Assembly (NCBI GenBank): GCA_963717145.1
Contig: OY970325.1
Coordinates: 768,001 to 832,000 of the forward strand
Direction: 5' to 3'
DNA from: an uncultured Armatimonadetes bacterium
Lineage (GTDB): Bacteria; Armatimonadota; UBA5829; DTJY01
Length of the DNA stretch: 64,000 nt
Under the pieces are notes generated by a model that saw only the letters and a list, made by a program, of their open reading frames with translations, made no database searches and had not been told where the DNA came from. The position numbers and the translations under genes were made by a program. Shown here one piece after another: positions 40,590 through 50,793 of this stretch. Each line of letters begins with the position of its first letter. Position 1 is the first letter of the stretch.

Positions 40590-40646
40590 GGCGTAAGTAT
40601 AGCATACACACAAGGTCAAGCGCCTCAGCCCGTCGAAACCTACAAC

Positions 40647-41933
40647 ATGACCACGATGAACTCGCAGCCCGAACGACGCGCCTGCGCGAACGGCGTCGGG
40701 CTGAGCGCGTACTACTTCTTCTCCCTGGCAGCACTCGGGTTCGTCGTCGGGTTCATGCCCCTCTATCTGAAGGCGCGCGGCATCACCCTCAGCCAGTACG
40801 GCATCCTGAGCGCCCTGTATGCCATCGCGGGCGCGACGACCCAGGTGCCGCTCGGCATGGCGTCGGACCGGCTCCGTCACCGGAGGCCGCTCATCGTCGG
40901 GGGCACAGCGGTTCTCAGCGGGTCATATCTGCTCTATGGGATGGCCACGACCTTCGCGCAGTTCTGCGCCCTGTATGCGCTCTCCGGCTTTGTGTTCTTC
41001 ATGGTCGCCACGTTGAGCAGCGCGCTGATCCACGACTGGACCGCTGAATCCGGCGACACGGCTGCAATGTATGGAAAGACTCGCATCTGGGGCTCGATCG
41101 GCTTCATAGCGGCATTGATGCTCGTCAGCGTGGCGCCGAGTCTGGTCTCGGGGAGGAACCTCCTGCCGATGATCGCCGTGCTCTTCCTCCTCAGCGGCGT
41201 CACGATCCTGTTCGTTTCGGAGTCGGGCAAGGCGAGACATGTCGAACATGCGCGGCTGGCAGGCATACGCAGGCTGCTCCGTGATCGCAACTTGATGATC
41301 TTCCTGATCGCCTTCCTCTTGTACCGCACCTCTGAGTCGAGCACGGGGAGCTACCTCAGCCTGTACCTGCAATCCCTCGGCGGCTCGAAGTCGTTGATCG
41401 CCCTGGCGCTGGTCGCGAACGCGGTTGTGGAGATCCCGTTCATGATATGGGTGGGTCGCGCCTCTGACAGCATCGGGCGTCGCCCGCCGCTCGTGATCGC
41501 CTTCCTCACGCTGCCGTTCAGGCTCTTCCTGTACTCGAGGCTCGGGAGTCCGTACGACGTCTTCTACGTCCAGATGTTCCACGGGCTGACCTTCAGCTTC
41601 ATGCTCGTCTCGTCGATGGCGTTCGTCGCCGATCACGCCGGACGTGACAGGGCAACCGGCCAGGGGCTTCTCGGCATGATCGGGGCAACCGCGATGGCCC
41701 TCGGACCATTCATCGGGGGATTCGTGGCGGACCATTCGTCGCTGACGGTCATGTACGGCCTGTTCTCCGTCGTCGCTTTGGTCGGAGGACTGATCTTCGT
41801 CACGTTCGTCGGCGAATCGCACCCGGAACTGGCGCGGGACGAATCGCGCATTCACTCGATCGGGGGAGCGCTCATCACTCGCCCGATCCACAGAGTCCTC
41901 CGCGCCCCGATCATCAGCCGTCCAACCGAGTGA
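40647..41933 (+). CDS. MFS transporter (MFS_1_like)
   Basis: 12 TM pattern, GMASDRLRHRR, YGKTRIWGSIGF, GRASDSIGRR. Confidence 0.88.
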   Translation: MTTMNSQPERRACANGVGLSAYYFFSLAALGFVVGFMPLYLKARGITLSQYGILSALYAIAGATTQVPLGMASDRLRHRRPLIVGGTAVLSGSYLLYGMATTFAQFCALYALSGFVFFMVATLSSALIHDWTAESGDTAAMYGKTRIWGSIGFIAALMLVSVAPSLVSGRNLLPMIAVLFLLSGVTILFVSESGKARHVEHARLAGIRRLLRDRNLMIFLIAFLLYRTSESSTGSYLSLYLQSLGGSKSLIALALVANAVVEIPFMIWVGRASDSIGRRPPLVIAFLTLPFRLFLYSRLGSPYDVFYVQMFHGLTFSFMLVSSMAFVADHAGRDRATGQGLLGMIGATAMALGPFIGGFVADHSSLTVMYGLFSVVALVGGLIFVTFVGESHPELARDESRIHSIGGALITRPIHRVLRAPIISRPTE

Positions 41934-42043
41934 TGCTTCGAGGAGTAGGGAACGGCACGGCGGCACGTTCCATACTCTGGCGGCCACCGCACTCCAAGGA
42001 CACGTTTTATCGTCGCCCACTCGTGGTAAGAACCAACGTGTCC

Positions 42044-42098
42044 TGTAGGGGCGAAGCGTTGGCTATCGGAGGCACGGTAGCCAATGCTTCGCCCTACA
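42044..42098. repeat. GTAG-flanked palindrome (family D)
   Basis: tgtaggggcgaagcgttggcta ... tagccaatgcttcgccctaca. Confidence 0.7.
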
Positions 42099-42129
42099 TG
42101 TTGAATACACCTTGGAAGGGGAATCATCC

Positions 42130-43098
42130 ATGCAATACACTCATCTCGGCCGATCGGGCGTCAAGGTCAGCCGGCTATGCCTCGGTACGATGAACTTTGG
42201 CCCGCACACCAGCGAGGCGGACAGCCACGCCATGATGGACCGCGCGCTGGAAAGCGGGATCAACTTCTTCGACACCGCGAACGGCTACGGCCGCCCGATC
42301 AGGGCGGGCTTCACCGAGGAGATCATCGGCCGATGGTTCGCGCAGGGTGGGGGACACCGCGAGAAGGTCGTCCTCGCCACCAAGGTCTACGGCAACATGG
42401 GCGAATGGCCTAACGAGGGAAAGCTCTCGGCCCTGAATATCCGCCAGGCATGCGACGCCAGCCTGCGACGCCTTCAGACCGACCACATCGACCTGTATCA
42501 GATGCACCACATCGACCGCGAGACAGGTTGGGAGGAGATATGGCAGGCGATGGAGACCCTCGTGACGGCTGGGAAGGTGATCTACGTGGGGAGCAGCAAC
42601 TTCGCCGCGTGGAACATCGTTCAGGCCAATGAGATCGCGAAACAGCGTCACTTCATGGGCCTGGTGTCCGAGCAGAGCCTATACCATCTGAACGCCCGCA
42701 TGATCGAGTTGGAGGTTATCCCGGCGTGCAAGGCCTATGGACTGGGTATCATCCCGTGGAGTCCCCTATGCGGAGGGCTTCTCGGTGGAGTCCTGCAGGA
42801 TTGCGAGGAAGGCGGCCGTCGATCGACGATGCATGATGTGATCGAGAAGAATCGGGACAAGCTGGAGCGATGGGAGGCCTTATGCGCCGAGATGGGAGAG
42901 AAGCCTGCGGATGTGGCCCTCGCGTGGCTGCTGGCGAATCCCGCGGTGACCGCACCCATCATCGGCCCGCGGACGATGGAGCAGTTCGACGAGTCGCTCC
43001 GAGCGCTGGAGATCAAGATGACCGCCGAGATCATGGAGCGGTTGAATGTGATATGGCCCGGTCCCGGAGGCCAGGCCCCTGAGGCATATGCGTGGTAG
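42130..43098 (+). CDS. Aldo/keto reductase
   Basis: LCLGTMNFG, FDTANGY, LATK, IDLYQMH, IPWSPL. Confidence 0.93.
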   Translation: MQYTHLGRSGVKVSRLCLGTMNFGPHTSEADSHAMMDRALESGINFFDTANGYGRPIRAGFTEEIIGRWFAQGGGHREKVVLATKVYGNMGEWPNEGKLSALNIRQACDASLRRLQTDHIDLYQMHHIDRETGWEEIWQAMETLVTAGKVIYVGSSNFAAWNIVQANEIAKQRHFMGLVSEQSLYHLNARMIELEVIPACKAYGLGIIPWSPLCGGLLGGVLQDCEEGGRRSTMHDVIEKNRDKLERWEALCAEMGEKPADVALAWLLANPAVTAPIIGPRTMEQFDESLRALEIKMTAEIMERLNVIWPGPGGQAPEAYAW

Positions 43099-43101
43099 AG
43101 C

Positions 43102-44061
43102 TTAGTCGTGGGACGACTTGCGACGCCACTTCCCGCTGTACGCGGGCTTCGGCGCGGATTTGTCCCAGGTGGTCATCACGCGGGTGACGTCGCGCCGGAC
43201 TTCGATGCCGTTCTCATAGGTGATGACCGCCCAAGTCTGACGCTTGCCGGTCTTGGCAGCCATGTGACGACCGGCGGGCGCCTCGACAGGGGTGATCTCC
43301 GTCGTGAGCGCCCTCGTAACGACCGTTACCGGCGACCTTGGACGACGTATGAGCAGCCTGTCCCCCTCGGTCAATCGGTTGACATCGACTCCCGGGTTCA
43401 GCCCCTTCAGTTCGTCGAGCGATATGCCGTACTGCGCGGTGAGGCGGACCGCCCGGTCGCCCTGCTTCAGCGTATGGTAGGTCGGTTTCTCGTGGACGCT
43501 GGCCATGAACTCGGCGGCCTTCTCGGGGTCCGCGAGGATGGCATCGACCGGGAGATAGCGCCTCTGCACGAGGACGTTTTCCTTGAAGGTCGGCTTGGTA
43601 TCGAGGTTCTTGAGCCGGCTGCTGTATCGCTGCTTCATCAGATCGAGCGCGCGGTTTGCATCGGGTTCCTTCGCCAGACCGATGGTCACGGCGTCGTCGA
43701 CCAGGATAGCGTACGCGTGTGCCTTCAGCACGAGCATCGCATCGAGCGTGGAAACCGCGTTGTCGGAGGTATCGATCTCGGCATCCTTTGTGGCCCGACG
43801 AAGTGCGACTCGTTGAGTGAATGCGGGTGATGCGACCACTTTGCCTGAGAGTTGGCGGTGCGTTACCTCGTTGAGCACGGACTTGGCATCCTGACGCGAC
43901 TCGAGCGTGACGATCGGCTTGCCATCTACGAAGACGGTGTGGGGAATGCTCACGAGGTTGTCATATGCGAGCCAGAGGCCCAAGACCGCGATGGCGCCCA
44001 GGAAAGCGCCGCGCTCCAGCCACGGCCTGCGTAACGGTCGCTGGAAATCCATTTCCGCCAT
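43102..44061 (-). CDS. Membrane-anchored LysM + G5-like protein
   Basis: N-terminal TM; HTLKQGD...YGISLDELKGLNP LysM; ITYENGIEV G5-like end. Confidence 0.78.
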   Translation of the reverse strand: MAEMDFQRPLRRPWLERGAFLGAIAVLGLWLAYDNLVSIPHTVFVDGKPIVTLESRQDAKSVLNEVTHRQLSGKVVASPAFTQRVALRRATKDAEIDTSDNAVSTLDAMLVLKAHAYAILVDDAVTIGLAKEPDANRALDLMKQRYSSRLKNLDTKPTFKENVLVQRRYLPVDAILADPEKAAEFMASVHEKPTYHTLKQGDRAVRLTAQYGISLDELKGLNPGVDVNRLTEGDRLLIRRPRSPVTVVTRALTTEITPVEAPAGRHMAAKTGKRQTWAVITYENGIEVRRDVTRVMTTWDKSAPKPAYSGKWRRKSSHD

Positions 44062-44081
44062 TGGTATCCTTTGGCATAAGA

Positions 44082-44155
44082 CCGTAGGGGCGATCCTTCC
44101 ACGGTCGCCCGCATTACCTCGGACCGGGAGGCCGTTGAAGGCCTCCCCTACGGGG
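44082..44155. repeat. Heterodimeric REPIN: two different GTAG REPs in inverted orientation
   Basis: gtaggggcgatccttccacggtcgccc ... gggaggccgttgaaggcctcccctac. Confidence 0.75.
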
Positions 44156-45047
44156 CGAGCAGTTCGCTGACCGTGACCGGCTTGTAGCCGCGCTCTTCGA
44201 GTTGAGTCAGCAGCCCATCGAGCGCGTTGGCGGTCGCCTGGCTTCCACAGTGCATGAGAACGATCGAGCCGTTCCCGACGAGCTTGAGCACCCGCTTGGT
44301 GATCTGATCGGATGTGATCCCGGCCTTGACGCTGTCCCAGCAGTCGACATGCCAGTAGATCGATCGGTAACCGAGACCGCCGACAACGTCAAGGACGTGC
44401 TTGTTCCGAGCGCCGAACGGAGGCCGGAAGAGCGGCTTCGTGCTCTTACCGGTAACACGAAGGGCAAGCTGTTCCGTCTTCTCCATCTGGTTGATTATTT
44501 CCCCATCGCTTATGGCAGTCAAACGCGGGTGGGAATAAGTATGGTTGCCTATCTCATGACCCTCGTCCACAATGCGACGGCACAGCTCAGGATATCGCTC
44601 GATCCATTTGCCTGTGAGGAAGAACGTGGAATGCAGGCTGTGTTTCGCGAGCGCCTTCAGGATCTTGTCAGTGGGCTCACCGGCGGCCCCTGCGTCGAAC
44701 GTCAATGCGATCTTCGGGCTGCTCGTACTCCCTCGAGAGACCTCGCCCTCGTGGGATGACGAGGAGGTCCGCGTGTCCGTCAGGGGATCCCTGCCGGAGC
44801 GGTCGGACTCAGCTGTCGATCGCGACGGGGAGGGATGATTCGCCGGCGGCCTGGCGCTCTCGTGCGCGGCCCCCTGCTCCTGTGCAGGAGAAGGGGCTGG
44901 GTTACTGGTCTGCGGGGCGCTCGCAGGCGGGCGGCCAATGACTCTCATGCAGCCCTGGTTCGAGGTCAGAAGAAACACCGCCCCAACCACAAGCGTGCAT
45001 GCGGCAACTAGCGAAAGACCTCTGAGTCCTCCGGCTAGAGCGCTCAC
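44148..45047 (-). CDS. Polysaccharide (peptidoglycan) deacetylase, NodB domain
   Basis: ALTFDAG, TFFLTG, GNHTYSH, FRPPFG, IVLMH. Confidence 0.92.
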   Translation of the reverse strand: MSALAGGLRGLSLVAACTLVVGAVFLLTSNQGCMRVIGRPPASAPQTSNPAPSPAQEQGAAHESARPPANHPSPSRSTAESDRSGRDPLTDTRTSSSSHEGEVSRGSTSSPKIALTFDAGAAGEPTDKILKALAKHSLHSTFFLTGKWIERYPELCRRIVDEGHEIGNHTYSHPRLTAISDGEIINQMEKTEQLALRVTGKSTKPLFRPPFGARNKHVLDVVGGLGYRSIYWHVDCWDSVKAGITSDQITKRVLKLVGNGSIVLMHCGSQATANALDGLLTQLEERGYKPVTVSELLAP

Positions 45048-45072
45048 TCTGCGAATCTGCGGGCAGACATTT

Positions 45073-46365
45073 CTAGCTCTTTTCGTTAGCGCCGTTCCCG
45101 GCTACGGCCGGGCTGCCGCCGAGTCGGGTCTTCAGGATATCGACAGCCTTCTTCAACTGAACATCCACGTCGTTCTTGATGTCGTCGTCGGAGGGCTCGA
45201 TTACTACGTCCGGATGGATCTTGACCTTGTCTACATCTCGCAAGCTCGGGGTGAAGTACTTTGCGGTCGTGATCACCACAGCCGAGCCGCCGGCCAGGTT
45301 CATGATCGTCTGGACCTTACCTTTGCCGAACGAATCGGTGCCGACCAGCGTCCCGGACTTGTTGTCCTGGATCGCACCGGCAATGATCTCGGATGCGCTG
45401 GCACTCGCCCCGTCGATGAGCACTGTCAGAGGAACCATGCGATGGTTCTGCTTGCCTGGTTCCACTCCGTAGCGGCTCTGCCTTCCGCCCTTATCCTGGA
45501 TGACGACTATGTCGCCACTCGGGACGAGCCGGCTGCCGATCTCGATAGCGACATCGAGCAATCCGCCCGGATTCCCGCGCAGGTCGAGCACCATCGCGCG
45601 CATGCCCTGGCTTTCCAGATCGGTCAGCGCCTTGTCGAACAGGATATCGCTTTTCTCGTTGAACTGTCTCAGCGCGATGTAGCCCACCTTGCTCGATTCA
45701 TCCTCCATCTTCGCCTCGACGACCGGGGATGTGATCATGCGGCGGGTCAGCTTGACGTCGAACGGGTCGGCCACGTCCTCACGCTTGATCGTCAAGATCA
45801 CCACGGTAGCTCGTGGTCCACGGATCGTGCGTACGACGTCCTCGAGTTCCAGCCCGTGAATCGACTTGCCGTCCACAGAGAGGATTATGTCACCCTTTCT
45901 GAGACCGGCTTCCTTGGCCGGACTCGGCTCGATCGGTCGCACGATGTAGATCTGGCCCTCTTTCCTGCCGAGTTCCGCGCCGATGCCCTCGAAGTCGCCT
46001 CGGTTATCCTCCATCATCTGTTTATTCTGCTGAGGATCGAGGAAACGGGTATATCTGTCGCCCAGAGCCCCGAGCATTCCCCGGATCGCGGCGTAACAGA
46101 GTGCATCGCCCTTCTGCTTGTTATCTCCGTAGTAATGCGAATCAAGATAGGAGAAGACATCCCAGAATGTCTCCACGGGCGGAAGGTCCGCATTGGAGTC
46201 GGCCAGTTGCGCGCCGATCGCCATATGCAGCCGTGTGGGGAGCATCTCCAAGCTGCTCATCAGATTGCTGAAGTCGCCGGTTGTCGCTACATCCTGATAC
46301 GTGAAGCCGCACACGAATGAGAATGCCAGGAGCAGTGCTATTGCCGCCAGGTGAATTCGTCTCAT
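45073..46365 (-). CDS. ctpA: S41 C-terminal processing peptidase
   Basis: PDZ (FEGIGA), DLRGNPGG, SASASE, SFGKG intact. Confidence 0.92.
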   Translation of the reverse strand: MRRIHLAAIALLLAFSFVCGFTYQDVATTGDFSNLMSSLEMLPTRLHMAIGAQLADSNADLPPVETFWDVFSYLDSHYYGDNKQKGDALCYAAIRGMLGALGDRYTRFLDPQQNKQMMEDNRGDFEGIGAELGRKEGQIYIVRPIEPSPAKEAGLRKGDIILSVDGKSIHGLELEDVVRTIRGPRATVVILTIKREDVADPFDVKLTRRMITSPVVEAKMEDESSKVGYIALRQFNEKSDILFDKALTDLESQGMRAMVLDLRGNPGGLLDVAIEIGSRLVPSGDIVVIQDKGGRQSRYGVEPGKQNHRMVPLTVLIDGASASASEIIAGAIQDNKSGTLVGTDSFGKGKVQTIMNLAGGSAVVITTAKYFTPSLRDVDKVKIHPDVVIEPSDDDIKNDVDVQLKKAVDILKTRLGGSPAVAGNGANEKS

Positions 46366-46368
46366 CGG

Positions 46369-47760
46369 TTAAATCCGTCCTATCTTTGCCTGGAGCAGTT
46401 TCTGCGCCTCGGCAAGCTGCACATCGGTACCGCCCTCACCACCGGCGACTTCCTTGTCGGGCTTCAAGCCCGTTCCGGTGAAGTCGAATCCCTTCGGGGT
46501 CAGCATCTTCCCCGTCGTGATGAGCGCTGCGGATCTGTCCTTCAGAACCAACGGAGTCTGAACGAACCCGTCGCCAAACGTTGTGACACCGACCAGCGTC
46601 CCGATCCCGGACTCGCGGAGTGTCGCGGCGACCAACTCGGCCACGCTCGCCGTGCCGTGGTTCACGAGGATGGCAACCGGTAGAGAAAGCGCCCTGGTCT
46701 TCGGCACTCGAATCGTGGTGCGGCCACTGTGCTCTCGAACGATCGCGAGAGTGCCGCCGCCTGTAAACTGAGCCGTCACGTCCGTAGCAGCATTGAGCAA
46801 TCCGCCCGGGCTGTTCCGCAGGTCGAGTATTATCGCCTTTGCGCCCGCATTGCGGACCTTGCCCAGTTCACTCTTGAACTCCTTCGACGCCTGCTGGCTG
46901 AACTGCGCGACTCTGATGTAGCCGATCTTCTTGTCGAGCATCCGCGATGTCACCGGGTCGACGATCGTATCGTGATACTGAATCTTTACATCGAATGGAT
47001 CCTTGCGTCCGGCCCGCTCGACCTTCAGCGTGGTATCTCCGGAAGTCTTGGTTGTAAGCTCCTCGAGCGCATCCGATATGGACAATCCGTTCTTGAGCTT
47101 ATCTTCTGCGGCTTGCCAACCTTTCTTGTAGGCAAGCCTGTCTATGTTCTGGTTCTGCATCGCCTTGTTCAGCTTGCTGAACCCGGGGTCCTGCGCAATG
47201 ACCCACTTGCCGCCGACATCGCTGATGATATCACCGGACATCAGGCCGGCCTTTTCCGCGGGGCTTCCCGGCATCGGAGCGACCACCACGATCTTGTGGA
47301 CGTTCTCGTTTTCGATCTTTTCGCTCTTCATGGCGAGGATTGCACCCAGGCCGTGGAAACGACCGGATGCGGCGTCGTCGAGCAGTTGCGTCTCCTTGGG
47401 ATCCACGAAGCGCGTGTCGGGATCGCCGATGACCTCGAGCATTCCCTGGACTGCTCCACGGGCCATCTTGGTTTCCTGCTCGGCCGTGATCTTCTCCACG
47501 AAGTTGGCCTGGACGAGCTTCAGCACGTTGTTGAGGAGATCGCGGTACTGGGCATCGCCCTTCGCCTCCCCCATGGACTCGATGTTGATTGCTGGCCGCT
47601 CAGGAGTGAGCTTGAGCAGCGCGCTTGCCTGAACCTCGGAGCCGCCAGGCAATGCGAAGACGTCCTGCCTCGCGCGCAGGCGCGCTCCCGCCAGAAATGT
47701 GCCGCCAACGAGTATGCCGACCACGACCCACGTGGCATAGATGCGATAACCTTTTCTCAA
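46369..47760 (-). CDS. S41 peptidase paralogue with catalytic Lys replaced by Asp
   Basis: FHGLGA PDZ, DLRNSPGG, TASVAE, but TFGDG instead of FGKG. Confidence 0.85.
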   Translation of the reverse strand: MRKGYRIYATWVVVGILVGGTFLAGARLRARQDVFALPGGSEVQASALLKLTPERPAINIESMGEAKGDAQYRDLLNNVLKLVQANFVEKITAEQETKMARGAVQGMLEVIGDPDTRFVDPKETQLLDDAASGRFHGLGAILAMKSEKIENENVHKIVVVAPMPGSPAEKAGLMSGDIISDVGGKWVIAQDPGFSKLNKAMQNQNIDRLAYKKGWQAAEDKLKNGLSISDALEELTTKTSGDTTLKVERAGRKDPFDVKIQYHDTIVDPVTSRMLDKKIGYIRVAQFSQQASKEFKSELGKVRNAGAKAIILDLRNSPGGLLNAATDVTAQFTGGGTLAIVREHSGRTTIRVPKTRALSLPVAILVNHGTASVAELVAATLRESGIGTLVGVTTFGDGFVQTPLVLKDRSAALITTGKMLTPKGFDFTGTGLKPDKEVAGGEGGTDVQLAEAQKLLQAKIGRI

Positions 47761-47829
47761 CCTGTATTATTCCTATTCATCAGGCCTGCGCCTGGACGTT
47801 ATTCCGTGTACATCAGCCGGTATTAACAA

Positions 47830-48975
47830 CTACATCGGGCTGACCGACGAGCCGTTCTTCTTCTTCTCGAAGTGCAGGTGCGGGCCCGTGCTCCATCCCG
47901 TGCTGCCTACGTATCCTATAGTGTGGCCCTGCTTGACAGTCGCGCCTGCAGACACGCTCAAGCGCGAGCAGTGCCCGTACAGGGTAGATATCTGGCCACC
48001 ATGGTCGATCACCACATAGCGACCGTATACCTTGCCGGATCCGGCAAAGATGACGACACCTCCGGCCGCCGCTCTGATCGGAGTTCCCTCCGGGCACGCC
48101 ATGTCCACTCCTGTGTGGAAGCTGCGGACGTGGTTGATCGGGTGTATCCGCCATCCATATCGCGATGTAATCCTGTAGTTCGCCGTCAGCGGGCAGATAA
48201 AGGAGCCTTTCCAGGGATTCGCGGCTCTCTTCTGGCCGGCCGGAGTACTCTGCATCCGCCGGATCATCGCCCCGATGCTGTTCGATTCGCGCAGTTCCTC
48301 CGCCACCGCCTGCTCGTACGCAGCGCGGTCTTTCTCGATCTGCTGGAGCAGGTACTGCTTCTGCTTCGTATCATGGAGCGTAGCCTGCGTGACCGCCAAC
48401 TGCTGGCGCTCTAGATCGGCACGCTCGCGTTCCTTCTGCTCGAGCGTTGCCTTGTACCGTTCGACGGCCCGCTTATCCTGCTTGATGGAGTCGACGAGGT
48501 CGACGTCGCTGTCAAGTACCTTTCTTATGACGTAACCGCGGCTGAGTAGTTCCCACAAATCGTCAGAGCCGAGCAGCGCGCTCACGTAGCTCACGCTCCC
48601 GTGCTTGTAAGTATCGACCAACCGCGCCGAAAGCAGTTGGTTCCGCTTCTTCAACCTGGCCTGGACCACCCGCAGGTTGTCTCTGGCCTGGTCGAGCGCG
48701 CTCCGGGTCAGCGCGAGTTGGCCTCGGATGTCCGAGAGCCTCGCTCTGTGGACTCCGAGCCGCCGCTGGGCCGCGTACACCTGGACGGTGGCCGCCCGTT
48801 GGCGTTTCTTGGTTGTCCTGAGCTTCGTCTGGTAGCTCTTGATGCTCTGGTTACTCGCCTGCAGCTTGTTCCGCAACTGGCTCAGGGACATCGCATCGGC
48901 TGACCGCTCTGCGATCGACGCTGCGAGGCCGAACAACACGATTCCGGCGATGACCAGTCTGATGTATCGGTGCAA
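47830..48975 (-). CDS. Coiled-coil + M23 peptidase (EnvC-like FtsEX partner)
   Basis: Signal peptide, long coiled coil, HTGVD, YGH, STGPHLHFE. Confidence 0.9.
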   Translation of the reverse strand: MHRYIRLVIAGIVLFGLAASIAERSADAMSLSQLRNKLQASNQSIKSYQTKLRTTKKRQRAATVQVYAAQRRLGVHRARLSDIRGQLALTRSALDQARDNLRVVQARLKKRNQLLSARLVDTYKHGSVSYVSALLGSDDLWELLSRGYVIRKVLDSDVDLVDSIKQDKRAVERYKATLEQKERERADLERQQLAVTQATLHDTKQKQYLLQQIEKDRAAYEQAVAEELRESNSIGAMIRRMQSTPAGQKRAANPWKGSFICPLTANYRITSRYGWRIHPINHVRSFHTGVDMACPEGTPIRAAAGGVVIFAGSGKVYGRYVVIDHGGQISTLYGHCSRLSVSAGATVKQGHTIGYVGSTGWSTGPHLHFEKKKNGSSVSPM

Positions 48976-48991
48976 TCGAATCCCTCCCTTG

Positions 48992-49873
48992 TCAGACCTT
49001 CAAGAACCGCCGTATCGAGATCATGCTTCCGACTGCTCCGACCAGGCATCCCACTACTGTTAGACCGCCAACGAACTGCGTGGGTTCCACACTGATCGAG
49101 AACTGTGCGAGCAGGGGCATGACCCTCGTCACGACCTTGACAATGTAACTCGCGGCCGTATATATCAGTCCGCATGCAAGCGCGCCGCCGACCGCGCCGA
49201 GGACCATCCCCTCGAACATCAACGGCAGCCTGATGAACCAGTTGGTCGCTCCGACCATCTGCATGATCTTTATCTCACGCCTTCGGGCAAACACCGTCAG
49301 GCGTATCGTATTGCTTATGATGAAAGTCGTCACCAGGAAAAGCACTATCCCGGCCGCTGCACCGAGGAGCTTGACCAGATCCGCGAACCGCACGAGTTGG
49401 TTCACCAGGTCCCGGCCTTCATTGACCTCGTCTATCAGGGGTATCGCGCGAATCTTGTTCGCGATCCCCACGATGAACCTCGGGTCGTCGACCCTGACGC
49501 GGATCATGTCCGGCAGCGGATTCCCCTCGACGCCGCTGAGTTCGAGTTGGCCGCCCATGTTCTTCTTGAATTCCTCCCAGCCGATCTCCGCCGGGATGAT
49601 CGTCGCGGACTTCACGTGCTCAATCGCGCCGATGTCCGAACGAATCTCGAGGACCTGCTGCTTCGAGGCGTTCTTCTCGAGGAACACCGCGACCTCCAGC
49701 TTGTCCGGGAGGGTCGATGCGACGCCGTGCAGCCACAGGATGAGGAGGATGAACGCCCCGAGCACTCCGAGCGTCAGGGCGAGGGTCGAAATGGACACGA
49801 GAGACATCAGCCCATTGCGCTTGATGCTGACGAATGATTCGATTATCGCATGCTCAAGTCCGCGTAAGCTCAT
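48992..49873 (-). CDS. ftsX: Cell division permease FtsX
   Basis: [37 protein letters not shown]. Confidence 0.95.
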   Translation of the reverse strand: MSLRGLEHAIIESFVSIKRNGLMSLVSISTLALTLGVLGAFILLILWLHGVASTLPDKLEVAVFLEKNASKQQVLEIRSDIGAIEHVKSATIIPAEIGWEEFKKNMGGQLELSGVEGNPLPDMIRVRVDDPRFIVGIANKIRAIPLIDEVNEGRDLVNQLVRFADLVKLLGAAAGIVLFLVTTFIISNTIRLTVFARRREIKIMQMVGATNWFIRLPLMFEGMVLGAVGGALACGLIYTAASYIVKVVTRVMPLLAQFSISVEPTQFVGGLTVVGCLVGAVGSMISIRRFLKV

Positions 49874-50545
49874 GATACGTGCCTCTCGCTTCGTCGCTGA
49901 CTACCATGCCGTCGTCCAGCCGCACGACGCGCTTCCTGAGTTTGTCCACGATGTGCTGGTCGTGGCTTGCGACAATCACAGTTGTCCCCCTGCTGTTCAC
50001 CTGATCGAGCAGTTGGATGATATCCCATGAGGTGTCGGGATCGAGGTTACCCGTGGGCTCGTCGGCCAGGATCACCTGCGGCTTGTTGACGAGCGCGCGG
50101 GCGATTGCGATCCTCTGCTGTTCGCCACCGGAAAGCTGATGGGGATATGCGTCCGATCGACCAACGAGGCCTACCAGATCGAGGACTTCGGCGACTCGAG
50201 GGCGCATCTCCTTGCGGGGGGCGCCGATCACATACATGGCGAACGCAACGTTCTCCCAAGCGGTCTTTTCGGGCAGGAGGCGGAAGTCCTGGAAGACGAC
50301 GCCGATGCTTCGGCGGAGCTTCGGAATCTTCCGCCTCGAAGTCTTGCTACGTTCTGGCCTGCGACGACGACCGTGCCCTCAGTCGGCACTTCCTCGCGGT
50401 AAATGAGTTTGAGCAGCGTAGACTTCCCTGTTCCCGTATTCCCGACCATGAACAGGAAGTCGCCCTGCTCCACCCGGAGGTCGATATGGCGCAGTGCCCT
50501 CACGCCGTTCGGATATGTGACCGATACATTACAGAAGTCAATCAT
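49854..50545 (-). CDS. ftsE: Cell division ATP-binding protein FtsE; frameshift near 50335
   Basis: Walker [10 protein letters not shown] in one frame; [33 protein letters not shown] in the other; directly upstream of ftsX. Confidence 0.92.
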
Positions 50546-50632
50546 AGGTGTACGTGCCCCACTCAGACCGCCATAAGTATATCAGATGACCTCACGTATT
50601 GCAAGAAATCCCCGTTCCGTATTCAGTCGCGG

Positions 50633-50706
50633 GAGGTCTGTAGGGGCGTGCCTTGTGCCGCCCGACCCGACATTCCGGGCGGCACAAGGCACGCCCCTAC
50701 AGACCT
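50633..50706. repeat. REPIN (family A, cognate to the RAYT)
   Basis: gtaggggcgtgccttgtgccgccc and exact reverse complement. Confidence 0.9.
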
Positions 50707-50793
50707 CTGCCATTCCGCCTTTCCCAAGTGCTCTTCCCAAGGCCGACGGAAAGCGCTACAATATGGGCAGCAGATTAACCGAGGGTATCAGAC

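Noticed and set aside
44938-46320. Long antisense ORFs (also 18810-20054, 21394-22572, 30208-31770, 40923-42020)
   Set aside because: Shadow frames of GC-rich genes with no motifs
50228-50545. Programmed frameshifting in ftsE and the other split genes
   Set aside because: No slippery heptamers or consistent stimulators; scattered unrelated genes fit sequencing error
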